From: a virus
DNA: 64,000 nt
Virus record (IMG/VR): IMGVR_UViG_3300029258_003681
Direction: 5' to 3' (one strand)
Shown here: piece after piece, positions 9,628-18,639 of the stretch
Position numbering within the stretch: the stretch's first letter is position 1
How the letters are laid out: each line of letters starts with the position of its first letter
The notes under the pieces: generated by a model
Database searches by the model: none
Told to the model about the DNA's origin: nothing
The model's input: the letters and a program-made list of their open reading frames with translations, nothing else
Position numbers and translations under genes: made by a program

Positions 9628-10477
9628 CAAGGCAAAAGAGAAAAAGGCAGCTGAGGCTTCAGCAGAGAGCGCCGAGGATTCTGGCCTGGCTGTAGTGGGT
9701 GCAGATGCCGACGAAGGCAACTACGAGAACAAGGAAATCCGCAAGAAGATCCTGGAGCTTCTTGCCCAGTCCGAGAATATGACGTGGGATCTATCGGTGG
9801 TTCTCCAGGGGGTATATGCCGAAGATCTATATCGAGGATGGGGCTTCGATTCCTTCCGTGAGTATATCGAGAAGGAATTGAACATGCATATGCGCTGGGC
9901 GCAGATCCTTGTGCAGCTCCAAGAGTGGTTTGCCAAGATGCCACCGAACATCCAGAAGTGGATCCGCGAGAACGGCTGGACCAAAGCTCGGATGCTGATG
10001 GGCAAGATGACTGTCGAGAATGCTGCGGAGTGGCGAAACAAGATCGCTGGGAAGTCTGTGGCGGAGATCAAAGAACTCATGAAGGCCGAGCGCGAGGCTG
10101 CTGGTGGTGGCGGAGAGGGAGGCGGAGACGGTGGCGAGGACACAGCTACTTCTAAGAATTTCAAGTTGTTCGGGCCGCAGCGGGAGAATGTGGACCGTGC
10201 TTTGGAGAAGGCTGGTGAAATGTCTGGCAGCGACAAGGATGGTCACAACCTTGATCTGATCTGCACGGACTTTCTTGCCACGAATGCAGGGGTTGATTCG
10301 GTGCAGGATGTGCTTCGCAAGATGGAGAAAACTCTTGGCGTGCGTCTTGTGGCCTACGTTGAGGAGGACGATTCGGTTGTGTATGGCGCTGATCTGATTC
10401 GCGATCTGGAGAGCAAGGATGCGGCCGAGGGCGATCCTGGGAATGCTGAGTATGAAGAAGAGGATGTCGAGGCATAG
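9605..10477 (+). CDS. Hypothetical helical protein, possibly DNA-binding
   Basis: LYRGWGFDSFREYIEKELNM motif, acidic tail. Confidence 0.6.
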   Translation: MMAKKKVDKAKEKKAAEASAESAEDSGLAVVGADADEGNYENKEIRKKILELLAQSENMTWDLSVVLQGVYAEDLYRGWGFDSFREYIEKELNMHMRWAQILVQLQEWFAKMPPNIQKWIRENGWTKARMLMGKMTVENAAEWRNKIAGKSVAEIKELMKAEREAAGGGGEGGGDGGEDTATSKNFKLFGPQRENVDRALEKAGEMSGSDKDGHNLDLICTDFLATNAGVDSVQDVLRKMEKTLGVRLVAYVEEDDSVVYGADLIRDLESKDAAEGDPGNAEYEEEDVEA

Positions 10478-10520
10478 TTTCTTTATTGCTTTTGATCGAC
10501 GAACTCCAGTTCGCTTTTTG

Positions 10521-10549
10521 TTGACAAATGGCCAACTGGATGGTAATGT
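10521..10549 (+). promoter_or_regulatory. Sigma70-type promoter
   Basis: TTGACA-N17-TAATGT with extended TG, intergenic, 6 bp after a palindrome copy. Confidence 0.7.
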
Positions 10550-10630
10550 CCTCTCGGCTGGAGAATGTTGAATGTTGCTTTGTGTTGCCAATTGTCCCAG
10601 ATCCTATCTACTTGTAAACAGGAGAAAAAG

Positions 10631-11992
10631 ATGACTGATCCGTTTGAGAAGCGGGGAGAACGCTTCTACGTCAAGGGGTCCAAGCAGGACATCGAAGTGT
10701 TGCCAGATTTGGTTCCATTGTTGAAGCCGATTGGCGAGGTGAAACCTGATACGGCGAATCCGAGGAAAACCGTTGATTTACCTGTCCTTGTCGCGGGGAT
10801 TCAGCGTTTTGGTATTCGCTGGCCGATCCTGGTGAACAAGAGGACGAATATTATTGAGGCTGGTCATCAGCGATTGTATGCGGCGCAGGAACTTGGGCTG
10901 ACGCATATCCCTGTGATCTGGGCTGACGATGATAATGTGACGGCGGTAGGGTTCAACATCTCTGATAATCGCCTCGGGGAGATTGTCTCCGAGTGGGACG
11001 ACGAAGCCTTGGCGAAGCAATTGAAAGCTCTGCTCGATGAGGAGGAGGACGCGATCAGGGGTATTGGCTTCGAGGAGGAAGAGATCAACTGGATGATGTC
11101 TGAGTACCTGGACGGCCAGGGAGGGGGTGCTGAGGCGCCTGAGCCTCCCGACCCTGACAAGGTCGCTGCTATTACGGAGACAGGCGACGTTTGGCAGCTG
11201 GGGCCGCACAGGTTGATTTGTGGGGACGCCACGGACCGTTCGGTGATTGACAAAGTTCTTGATGGGGATCAGGCTCGTATGATCTTCACGGACCCTCCCT
11301 ACAATGTGGATTACGGCAAGACGATGAAGGACAAATTGCGCGGGAATCATCGGAAGATTGAAAACGATGATCTTGGCGAGGAGTTTCGTCCGTTTTTGCT
11401 CAAAGCGATGCAGGCCATGCTTCCTGTGTGTGATGGGGCGATCTACGTGTGTATGTCCTCTTCGGAGTTGGATACCTTGCAGGGCGTCTTCCGCGAGGCG
11501 GGAGGGCACTGGTCCACGTTTCTCATCTGGGCGAAGAACACGTTCACGATTGGGCGTTCGGATTACCAGAGGCAGTACGAGCCGATCTTGTATGGCTGGC
11601 GCGAGGGGGCTGCGGATCGACACTGGTGTGGAGACAGGGATCAGTCGGACGTTTGGAATTACGACAAACCTCAGAAGAACGAGTTGCACCCCACGATGAA
11701 GCCGATCGAGCTGGTGGAGAGGGCGATCAAGAACAGCTCTTTGCGCGAGGATATTGTGCTGGATCCGTTCATAGGGAGTGGGACGACGATCATTGCTGCT
11801 GAGCGGTTGGGGCGCCGAGGCTTTGGTGTGGAGATGGACACGAGGTATTGTGATGTGATCTGCCAGCGTTATCACGACATGACGAGCGTCTCTGCGACTC
11901 GTGTATCGGATGGGGCTCAGTGGGTGGATCTGGCGCTGGAGCAGGACAAGAAGACGGGCAATCCGAAGAAGAGAAAGCCCGTGAAGAAGTAG
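10631..11992 (+). CDS. ParB-like N-domain + DNA amino-methyltransferase (N6-A/N4-C)
   Basis: PILVNKRTNIIEAGHQRLYAA (ParB-like), IFTDPPY, HPTMKP, VLDPFIGSGTT. Confidence 0.92.
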   Translation: MTDPFEKRGERFYVKGSKQDIEVLPDLVPLLKPIGEVKPDTANPRKTVDLPVLVAGIQRFGIRWPILVNKRTNIIEAGHQRLYAAQELGLTHIPVIWADDDNVTAVGFNISDNRLGEIVSEWDDEALAKQLKALLDEEEDAIRGIGFEEEEINWMMSEYLDGQGGGAEAPEPPDPDKVAAITETGDVWQLGPHRLICGDATDRSVIDKVLDGDQARMIFTDPPYNVDYGKTMKDKLRGNHRKIENDDLGEEFRPFLLKAMQAMLPVCDGAIYVCMSSSELDTLQGVFREAGGHWSTFLIWAKNTFTIGRSDYQRQYEPILYGWREGAADRHWCGDRDQSDVWNYDKPQKNELHPTMKPIELVERAIKNSSLREDIVLDPFIGSGTTIIAAERLGRRGFGVEMDTRYCDVICQRYHDMTSVSATRVSDGAQWVDLALEQDKKTGNPKKRKPVKK

Positions 11993-12003
11993 GGGAGAAG
12001 AGG

Positions 12004-12219
12004 ATGCCAAAAGCTAGGGTTCAGCCTGGGAAAAAGAGGCTTCAGTTTGACTTCACTACTGCCATGGTAGAGCGGATTGATCGCTGCCAGGAGAGGCTTG
12101 GAGCGGCATCGAAAAATGAGGTGATACGACGGGCACTTTCTCTCCTCGACCGTTGTTTGGACGATGAATTGTATATCCAGAATGATTCTGGAGAGATGCA
12201 GCAGTTGAAAGTTATCTGA
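12004..12219 (+). CDS. Ribbon-helix-helix (CopG-like) regulator
   Basis: RLQFDFT...IDRCQERLGAASKNEVIRRALSLL. Confidence 0.75.
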   Translation: MPKARVQPGKKRLQFDFTTAMVERIDRCQERLGAASKNEVIRRALSLLDRCLDDELYIQNDSGEMQQLKVI

Positions 12220-12262
12220 TTCGCGGTTGACAAACGTCGCCGCAGATGGTGGCAGGACCAAA

Positions 12263-12712
12263 ATGACAGAAGAAGAAGTTACCGATCGTAATTCCTCCAA
12301 GGAAAAAAATGATCAGGCCGATCTGGAGGTGCTACAGAGGGAGAGCGAGGCTCATTTCAGGGAGGCTATTGCGAGGCTCAAGAGTGAGCATCCTGGTTCA
12401 TTGATGCTGGTGAATCTGATGACGGATCCAGCGGTGACTCGGGCGGTATCCGCGTGGCCCTCTGTGCCGCGAACAGTTCGCTTGGACGCCAACGAACAAT
12501 CAGATCCCTGGGACATGATCTGGTTTGCCCCAGGAGAATGGATGGACGCGGCCCGAGTCCCTCTAGAACTGGAGAACAGCGTCATGCTTACTATCAAACA
12601 AAACAACCTCGTGTACCCAGATGGATCCATGCCCGATCAGATCAGAGCCTACCTGATCCAAAGAGGTAGAGATCTCCTCGGACTCCCCACACCCACCAGA
12701 GACGGAGGCTAA
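12263..12712 (+). CDS. Hypothetical protein
   Basis: About 150-aa ORF downstream of a TTGACA hexamer at 12227. Confidence 0.55.
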   Translation: MTEEEVTDRNSSKEKNDQADLEVLQRESEAHFREAIARLKSEHPGSLMLVNLMTDPAVTRAVSAWPSVPRTVRLDANEQSDPWDMIWFAPGEWMDAARVPLELENSVMLTIKQNNLVYPDGSMPDQIRAYLIQRGRDLLGLPTPTRDGG

Positions 12713-12830
12713 ACCCGATGTATCCCCGTTATAACTTCCACCAGAAGGGGGTAGGCGGGCTGAAAAATAAAACGTGGTTGACGAACGCTCTTAAGATGGA
12801 GCGATGTTGTTGGTGTTGAAGGAGGACAGA

Positions 12831-13400
12831 ATGCCAAAGTTGGATCAGGAGAAGTTTTGCGCTGTTGCAGAAGACGCGAAAGATGTGATTCGAGTTATTC
12901 GTGTTTTTGTTGAGTATCCAGACGATGTTCGGATGGAGGTTCGCCCTGGTCCATTTCGGGTAACTGTTGAGTTGTATACGCATCCTGACGATGTTGGTTC
13001 GGTTGTGGGGAAAAATGGAACTGGGATGGCGTCGATCCGTGGGCTTCTTAAGGGCGTTGCAGAGAAGCACAAGATTAAGATTGATATTTATTATGTGACT
13101 GATGAAGACAAGGTGAGAGGGGCAAAAAAATACACTGAACCGAGGGGTGAACGAGTGTTGATCGATAAGAAGGAGGTTGCAATGTTGGGTCACAAGGTGA
13201 AGATGGAGGAGGCGAGACGATCTCGGTTTGATTCTTTTACTACACTTTTTGTAGTGGTTGTTATCGTTATCGTGTTGTTGCTCGGTGGTACAGTCGGGTT
13301 GACGTGCATGATTATGTCCGAGATCGATGATTGCGGTGGGGTCTCCAAGTGCTTGGGCAAGTCCGTGCGGCAGTTTGATGAGGCTCGCAAGGGGGAGTGA
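12831..13400 (+). CDS. KhpA/UPF0109-like KH RNA-binding protein in frame with a membrane segment
   Basis: FVEYPDDVRME...VELYTHPDDVGSVVGKNG (GxxG), SD GGAGG. Internal SD AAGGAGG + ATG at 13182 precedes the TM helix. Confidence 0.75.
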   Translation: MPKLDQEKFCAVAEDAKDVIRVIRVFVEYPDDVRMEVRPGPFRVTVELYTHPDDVGSVVGKNGTGMASIRGLLKGVAEKHKIKIDIYYVTDEDKVRGAKKYTEPRGERVLIDKKEVAMLGHKVKMEEARRSRFDSFTTLFVVVVIVIVLLLGGTVGLTCMIMSEIDDCGGVSKCLGKSVRQFDEARKGE

Positions 13401-13828
13401 TGGGCACTTGCCTGGGGTGTGATGTGCGAGACGGGACGACGATGCGGCTCTGTGACTCGTGCCGGGGGATCCTGGAGTCGCAGCGGTTGCCTATAGGGGG
13501 ATCGATGTGGGGCCTCCTGATGCGGGTGCTCCGCGAGTATCGACGTCGGTGGCAGCAGGATATGGAGGCGCTGTTGGTGCATAATTCCGACGTGAAGAAG
13601 CAGGCCCACAACAATCGCATGGACGGGGAGTTGGCCGTGGGGGTTTGCCACCGTCTGGATGCCAAGAGCGCCAAGGCGTTCGTAAAGTGGCTCGGGCTGT
13701 CGGCTAGTACAGCGAGAGTCCATGTGAGTGGTGTGGAGGGTGGAAATATGTACAGTCGGACGGTGTCGATATCTGATGCGCTGACTGATTTCCTGGCGCA
13801 TATCGAGGAGCATGAAAGCGAGGGGTGA
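13397..13828 (+). CDS. Hypothetical protein (array ORF, ends ESEG)
   Basis: CLGC...CDSC; ends in junction repeat. Confidence 0.6.
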   Translation: MMGTCLGCDVRDGTTMRLCDSCRGILESQRLPIGGSMWGLLMRVLREYRRRWQQDMEALLVHNSDVKKQAHNNRMDGELAVGVCHRLDAKSAKAFVKWLGLSASTARVHVSGVEGGNMYSRTVSISDALTDFLAHIEEHESEG

Positions 13829-14028
13829 TGAGCAGACCAAACGAAAAATTGACGCGAGTGGTCGGTTGGAGTCTGATTGGATGGCCTTTGGTCGCATTGA
13901 TGCTTTGGGCTGGCGGAAAAATCGGTTACGGACAGGCGTTGATGTGGGGAGCGTGCGGCGCTTTAGTACTCATATCAATCCTGATAGGAGTAGCGTTATT
14001 GTATCGAGATAATGGGAGCGAGGGGTGA
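13825..14028 (+). CDS. Small two-TM membrane protein (array ORF)
   Basis: Two hydrophobic helices; flanked by junction repeats. Confidence 0.6.
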   Translation: MMSRPNEKLTRVVGWSLIGWPLVALMLWAGGKIGYGQALMWGACGALVLISILIGVALLYRDNGSEG

Positions 14029-14261
14029 TGGATGCGAACAATAAAACAGCCAATTTAAGGGTTTGCGCGAGTTGCGAGTGGATTTTTAAGCGCTCTGAGA
14101 GCGAGATGTGTCCGAAGTGTAAATTTGCTCATTACGGGGCACGGTATGTTTATGGGGCCAGGTGTTATCGCTATGCCAAGACGCAGAAGCCGTGGCTCGA
14201 TAAGAAGATGTATGCCTATGAATTGAAGTTATTGAAGGAGATTCAGGGGCTGCCCAGATAG
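14025..14261 (+). CDS. Small Cys-rich protein (array ORF)
   Basis: CASC...CPKC. Confidence 0.6.
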   Translation: MMDANNKTANLRVCASCEWIFKRSESEMCPKCKFAHYGARYVYGARCYRYAKTQKPWLDKKMYAYELKLLKEIQGLPR

Positions 14262-14271
14262 AAAGCGAGGG

Positions 14272-14544
14272 GTGATGACTGAAAAAGTTTTTACTCATAA
14301 GACAGAAGACCTTCGGTATAAAATATGTGAATGTTCTGGATGTGGGGTGATTGCGCGCTGTACTCCCAGCATGGATTTCTATGGTGAGATGGGAGATCCT
14401 CTCTTGTGCGAATCTTGTTTATTGAAGGATATGGGGGTGAAGAAGGAGATGATGCATGTGATTCCTGATGGGGACGGTTTGCAGCAGGTCTCCAAGGAAG
14501 AGTTTGTTGACTATGTGACGAAGCACGAGGAGGGTAAGCAGTGA
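14272..14544 (+). CDS. Small Cys-rich protein (array ORF)
   Basis: CECSGC...CESC. Confidence 0.55.
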   Translation: MMTEKVFTHKTEDLRYKICECSGCGVIARCTPSMDFYGEMGDPLLCESCLLKDMGVKKEMMHVIPDGDGLQQVSKEEFVDYVTKHEEGKQ

Positions 14545-14930
14545 AAATTGTATATATTTGTGGGCCTTTTAGGGCGCCGACGCCGTGGGCTGTGGAGCAG
14601 AATGTTCGCCGTGCAGAGGCTATAGCGCTTGAGGTCGCGGAGCGCGGTGCGATGCCCCTGTGTCCTCACACGAACACGCGTTTCTTCAACGGCCTTCTGT
14701 CTGACCAATTTTGGATAGAGGGGACGGCCGAACTTCTTCGAAGGTGTGATGCGATCTTTCGTTTGCAGGGGTGGTTCAGGTCGGAGGGATCCAAGGGGGA
14801 GACGCTGCTTGCTGCCGAGCTTGGCATTCCTATTTTTGACTATTTAGAAGACCTTGAAGCTTGGATTGTGGCGTGTGAGAAGGAAGAAAAACGAACTGGA
14901 GTTCGCGATGGGGGTGGTGATGACTCGTAG
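14541..14930 (+). CDS. DUF4406/nucleoside 2-deoxyribosyltransferase-like protein
   Basis: VYICGPF...PLCPH...LLRRCDAIFRLQGWFRSEGSKGE..LAAELGIPI. Confidence 0.8.
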   Translation: MKIVYICGPFRAPTPWAVEQNVRRAEAIALEVAERGAMPLCPHTNTRFFNGLLSDQFWIEGTAELLRRCDAIFRLQGWFRSEGSKGETLLAAELGIPIFDYLEDLEAWIVACEKEEKRTGVRDGGGDDS

Positions 14931-15192
14931 TGTTCTGAGCTGGATCAAAAGGGTCGTCAAGCGGTCGGAGGAGAGGGGTGTCAAGCTCCATCGGGTGAAG
15001 CTGACGCAGAGGGACTATCTCATTCTTTGGAAGGCGATCGAGCTGGTGAAGTCGGGCGAACTCAAGTTCGTGGAAGAGGAGGACACCACGAGCATGGAGG
15101 TGTTCGGACTTCCTATCACGTACAGCAATACTGATGAGAACTTGATCGAGTGTGCTCCGATCGTGCTCTCGGAGGAGGATGAGAATGGGTAA
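14920..15192 (+). CDS. Hypothetical protein
   Basis: Overlapping start, SD GGGGGTGG. Confidence 0.5.
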   Translation: MTRSVLSWIKRVVKRSEERGVKLHRVKLTQRDYLILWKAIELVKSGELKFVEEEDTTSMEVFGLPITYSNTDENLIECAPIVLSEEDENG

Positions 15193-15436
15193 ATGTAAGA
15201 CGTGTGGACTTCCGACCAAGGGGCTAGAGGGACTGCCTGGTCAGTGTTACGTTTGTGCTATTGGAGATCTTCTCGCGCAGAATGTTGAGCTGACCAATGC
15301 TAACAAGGATCTTAGGACGGAGATTCGGAGGATGAAGGCTCCTCACGTTCGGGACTACATTGGGTTGCCTGTTACGGTGGATGGGAAGGCGGAGGACGAT
15401 GAGCGAACTCCAGTTCGTGGTAATGAGGCATTATGA
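15185..15436 (+). CDS. Hypothetical protein (CxxC + coiled coil)
   Basis: CKTC...CYVC. Confidence 0.5.
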   Translation: MGKCKTCGLPTKGLEGLPGQCYVCAIGDLLAQNVELTNANKDLRTEIRRMKAPHVRDYIGLPVTVDGKAEDDERTPVRGNEAL

Positions 15437-15651
15437 AACTCAAAGAATTAAAGAAGCATTTGGATGGATTGGAAATGCTTTACAGGGAGAAGAGGGATGC
15501 GGAGCACTGCATTGGTGATCCTCCCCTGTGGGCACCTCCTGGTTATAAAACCGTGGGGACATACGTTGGCGTTCACAAGAGAAAATTGGGACTGATTAAA
15601 AAGAAGATTAAAAAGATAGAAAATATTACAATTCGCATTGGCAAGAGGTGA
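15433..15651 (+). CDS. Hypothetical protein
   Basis: ATGA overlap, SD GAGG. Confidence 0.5.
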   Translation: MKLKELKKHLDGLEMLYREKRDAEHCIGDPPLWAPPGYKTVGTYVGVHKRKLGLIKKKIKKIENITIRIGKR

Positions 15652-15654
15652 AAG

Positions 15655-16029
15655 ATGAAAGTCGACAGGGTGGGTGGCCGCGAGTACTACACGGTTCAAT
15701 CTCGGGATGATTTCAGTGGCTGGGATGTACTTTTGATTGAGCGGTACAAATCTGGGGTGTGCCGAGTGCATCTGAAGACGCCTGTGTGGATGAAGCAGCA
15801 GCAGTCGAAGGTTGTCTATGCCGAGGATGGGCTATTGCCCGAGCACTGGGTGCGGCCAGCAGCATCGTTGGGTAGTCGTTCGGTGATTTTGCCTGCATTC
15901 ATTCTTCTCTCGGATCACAATGCTATACTGGAGCGGATACGGGTGATGATTGCTCGGTATGCGGATGAGGTCCCTGAGGCTCATGTCAAGGATGCGCTGG
16001 CTGTTATTCTGGCGAAGATGTATGATTGA
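15655..16029 (+). CDS. Hypothetical protein
   Basis: 124-aa ORF, SD GAGG. Confidence 0.5.
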   Translation: MKVDRVGGREYYTVQSRDDFSGWDVLLIERYKSGVCRVHLKTPVWMKQQQSKVVYAEDGLLPEHWVRPAASLGSRSVILPAFILLSDHNAILERIRVMIARYADEVPEAHVKDALAVILAKMYD

Positions 16030-16060
16030 CAATTAGGGGCTTGATTGTTCGGCCCAGCAG

Positions 16061-16089
16061 TTGACAAACGCGGAGTAAGGCTTTAATGT
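16061..16089 (+). promoter_or_regulatory. Sigma70-type promoter
   Basis: TTGACA-N17-TAATGT in intergenic gap; same -35 and -10 hexamers as at 10521. Confidence 0.72.
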
Positions 16090-16138
16090 AGCTAATGATT
16101 GTCGCTGAGATGGCGGCAGGGGCGCGGAGGATCGAGGA

Positions 16139-16339
16139 ATGAAGCTCACGAATAAACAGGCGATGATGTTGTTGGATATTGTGAAGGATTCGGTTTCAAT
16201 CATGGGTACCATGGGTGGGTTTAGCGTGGAGAATCGACTCAGGCTGGTGAATGCCATTTTGAGCCAGCAGAGTGATGAGTTGGTAGATTTGGAAAAGGTA
16301 CCGAGCGGAGTGGATGATGATAACATTAGAACAGATTAA
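16139..16339 (+). CDS. Hypothetical protein
   Basis: First ORF after promoter, SD GAGG. Confidence 0.55.
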   Translation: MKLTNKQAMMLLDIVKDSVSIMGTMGGFSVENRLRLVNAILSQQSDELVDLEKVPSGVDDDNIRTD

Positions 16340-16706
16340 AGAATTTCGTGAGAGGGCCAGTGGGTGTCGCGGATTGAATATGAGTGATTCTTTTATTATT
16401 CTCGATGAAATAGAACAACTAAAATTAGATATTACTGGGGTGGTAGCTGCAATAGCTGATGCAGGAGATCAAAGAATTCCACACGAGCCTGATAGATATG
16501 GTCGAGTAGTATCACGAATAGTGACGCAACGTGATGAAGCCAAAGCCGAGATTAAACAATTAAAAGAAAACCAAGATGCACGACGATTGGCTATTACTCA
16601 GGAAATTTGTGAAGGATTGAAACAACGTGGACATTGGGTGCCTAAGGACTGGGCTTCTGCCGATGTTATCACAGCAGTTTTCAAGGCGGTTGATGAAGAG
16701 GGGTGA
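16314..16706 (+). CDS. Hypothetical coiled-coil protein (array ORF)
   Basis: ILDEIEQLK and AKAEIKQLK modules. Confidence 0.55.
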   Translation: MMITLEQIKEFRERASGCRGLNMSDSFIILDEIEQLKLDITGVVAAIADAGDQRIPHEPDRYGRVVSRIVTQRDEAKAEIKQLKENQDARRLAITQEICEGLKQRGHWVPKDWASADVITAVFKAVDEEG

Positions 16707-16940
16707 GTGATGTCTCTTGAAATGACAAAACGAGAAAAGAATTTATTGGACCTGCTTAAAGACCTCAATTATTTTGAGCGTCGGTGCCAATATCTGGATA
16801 CAGATGGAGGTCCAGCGATACCTCCCGAGGTGTACGCAGACCTAAAGAGTCTTCGGGATAAAATTGCGAAGTGGGGAACAGATGCTGTAGACGAAGAGAA
16901 AAGAAGTGGCGATAATCAGATAGGGGCGTCATCAAGATAA
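16707..16940 (+). CDS. Hypothetical protein (array ORF)
   Basis: 77-aa ORF. Confidence 0.5.
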   Translation: MMSLEMTKREKNLLDLLKDLNYFERRCQYLDTDGGPAIPPEVYADLKSLRDKIAKWGTDAVDEEKRSGDNQIGASSR

Positions 16941-16958
16941 ATAGAGAAGGACCGAAAA

Positions 16959-17195
16959 ATGAGTAACAAGACCATGGGGGAGATGTTCGAGGACGGAACA
17001 CTGGATAAGATCGTGTTATCGCTTGAGAGATTGGCTTTTGATTCGAAGATTTCTAAGCAACTCGGAGAGCACCTCCTCATTGTTACGGCTGCGGTGAAGC
17101 ATTATCGGAAAGTTCTGGCCGATAAAGATGAAGAGATCGATGCGTTGAAATCATGGATTGAAGAGGAAACTGGTGTACCTTGGGACGATGACTGA
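16959..17195 (+). CDS. Hypothetical protein (array ORF)
   Basis: 78-aa ORF followed by junction repeat. Confidence 0.5.
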   Translation: MSNKTMGEMFEDGTLDKIVLSLERLAFDSKISKQLGEHLLIVTAAVKHYRKVLADKDEEIDALKSWIEEETGVPWDDD

Positions 17196-17204
17196 AAGCG
17201 AAGG

Positions 17205-17618
17205 GTGATGAGTGACAAACAGAAACTTGGGATAGAAGGACCAGCGGCTATTGCACGGCGATTGTGCAGCGTAAACAAATGCCGTCGATATGGTGACAGA
17301 CGTTGTCCTGAGCTAGGCAAGGACGTACATGAGTATTCAACGTGTTGGCCATTTTATCGTGAAGGATACGAGGAACTTAAAGCCGAGATAGCCGAACTTG
17401 GCCAGGGTAAACATCCTGACTACGTACCACGACACATATACGACATGGTTAGAGGCGAGCGCGACAAATTCAAGGCGAAACTGGAGGGTATCAGGACCGA
17501 CATTGACGGGTTGCACAAGTGGGCGGCAGAGGGCGTTGAGGATTGTTTCGACATTGATTCACAAGAGCTTCTTGAGTTTGCCTTGGATTTAAGCGCAATT
17601 TTAGAAGGCGAGGGATGA
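17205..17618 (+). CDS. Hypothetical protein (array ORF)
   Basis: Cys cluster plus ELKAEIAEL; ends EGEG. Confidence 0.55.
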   Translation: MMSDKQKLGIEGPAAIARRLCSVNKCRRYGDRRCPELGKDVHEYSTCWPFYREGYEELKAEIAELGQGKHPDYVPRHIYDMVRGERDKFKAKLEGIRTDIDGLHKWAAEGVEDCFDIDSQELLEFALDLSAILEGEG

Positions 17619-17914
17619 TGAACGACGATACTAAAAGGTATATAGAGTACCTGCGCACATGGGTCACATTTGGAAGGTCCGTAGAAGGGAATATGGCGTT
17701 GGCGCTTTGTGACGAAACAGAGAAACTCGATAACGAGAACAAGCGGTTGCGTAAAGGAATTTCCAAGTTGGCCTTGGCTTCTATCAAGGAGCTAGGAGAC
17801 TCTCCGAAATTGTTCATGGACAATAAAGTATTTACTCCAGCAGAGATAATCCAGTGGGCATCTGAACTGATTGACATACAAGTCGGTGATGCCACTGAGG
17901 AAAGTGAGGGGTGA
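17615..17914 (+). CDS. Hypothetical protein (array ORF)
   Basis: Ends EESEG in junction repeat. Confidence 0.55.
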   Translation: MMNDDTKRYIEYLRTWVTFGRSVEGNMALALCDETEKLDNENKRLRKGISKLALASIKELGDSPKLFMDNKVFTPAEIIQWASELIDIQVGDATEESEG

Positions 17915-18375
17915 TGGTTGACTACAAAGATCTACGAGAGATGGCGGAGGGGATGATTCAGGGCGATCCAACACTAGAGGGACCTCCAGTGGTGATCGAA
18001 TTGCTCGATGAAATCGAGCGGTTGAAAAGATCGACGCGTTGTGCGTATTGTGGCGAGGAGTTTCCTTTAGATACGGTCACGGCTGACCAGGTAGGTGCTC
18101 ACATAAGCAAATGCGACAAGCATCCGATGAGAAAAATGGAAGATGAGATCTTGAGATTGGATACTTTGTGTTGTGGGCAACGAGAGGAAAATGAAAAGCT
18201 CAAGGCCGAGATCGAACGATTGCGTGGGATAGTGGAAGTGATTAAGAAAGCCAGAAAACTTCATATTGAAAGAAGAGCCCCGCTTCCATATCGAAATGCC
18301 ATCGATCAAGATTTTTTAGAAGAGCTGCGCGTTTTGCTTGATCAAGAAGGTGAGGGGTGTCTGGTATGTTTTTGA
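17911..18375 (+). CDS. Ead/Ea22-like protein (array ORF)
   Basis: MVDYKDLREMAE...VVIELLDEIERLK pattern, CAYC insert. Confidence 0.45.
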   Translation: MMVDYKDLREMAEGMIQGDPTLEGPPVVIELLDEIERLKRSTRCAYCGEEFPLDTVTADQVGAHISKCDKHPMRKMEDEILRLDTLCCGQREENEKLKAEIERLRGIVEVIKKARKLHIERRAPLPYRNAIDQDFLEELRVLLDQEGEGCLVCF

Positions 18376-18393
18376 GCAACAGGAAAGTGAGGG

Positions 18394-18639
18394 GTGATGA
18401 CGCCTGAGAGAAAAGAAACATTGCGCGAATGGGCAGGGTTGAAAAATATTGTCATTTCTATAGAAGAAGCAATTGACTTGCTTGATGAGATAGACCAATT
18501 GCGTGGGGTTTTAGAAGCAGTGAAAGACAATTGTGACGGGCTTGAAAGCCAGGGGCTTGAGTCGATTCCGATCTTTGTGGTTCGTGCTCTCCTGCCGGAT
18601 ATTGAGGGCGAGTCCAAGCAACAGGAAAGCGAGGGTTGA
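18394..18639 (+). CDS. Hypothetical protein (array ORF)
   Basis: Flanked by 24-bp direct repeats; DLLDEIDQLRG. Confidence 0.55.
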   Translation: MMTPERKETLREWAGLKNIVISIEEAIDLLDEIDQLRGVLEAVKDNCDGLESQGLESIPIFVVRALLPDIEGESKQQESEG

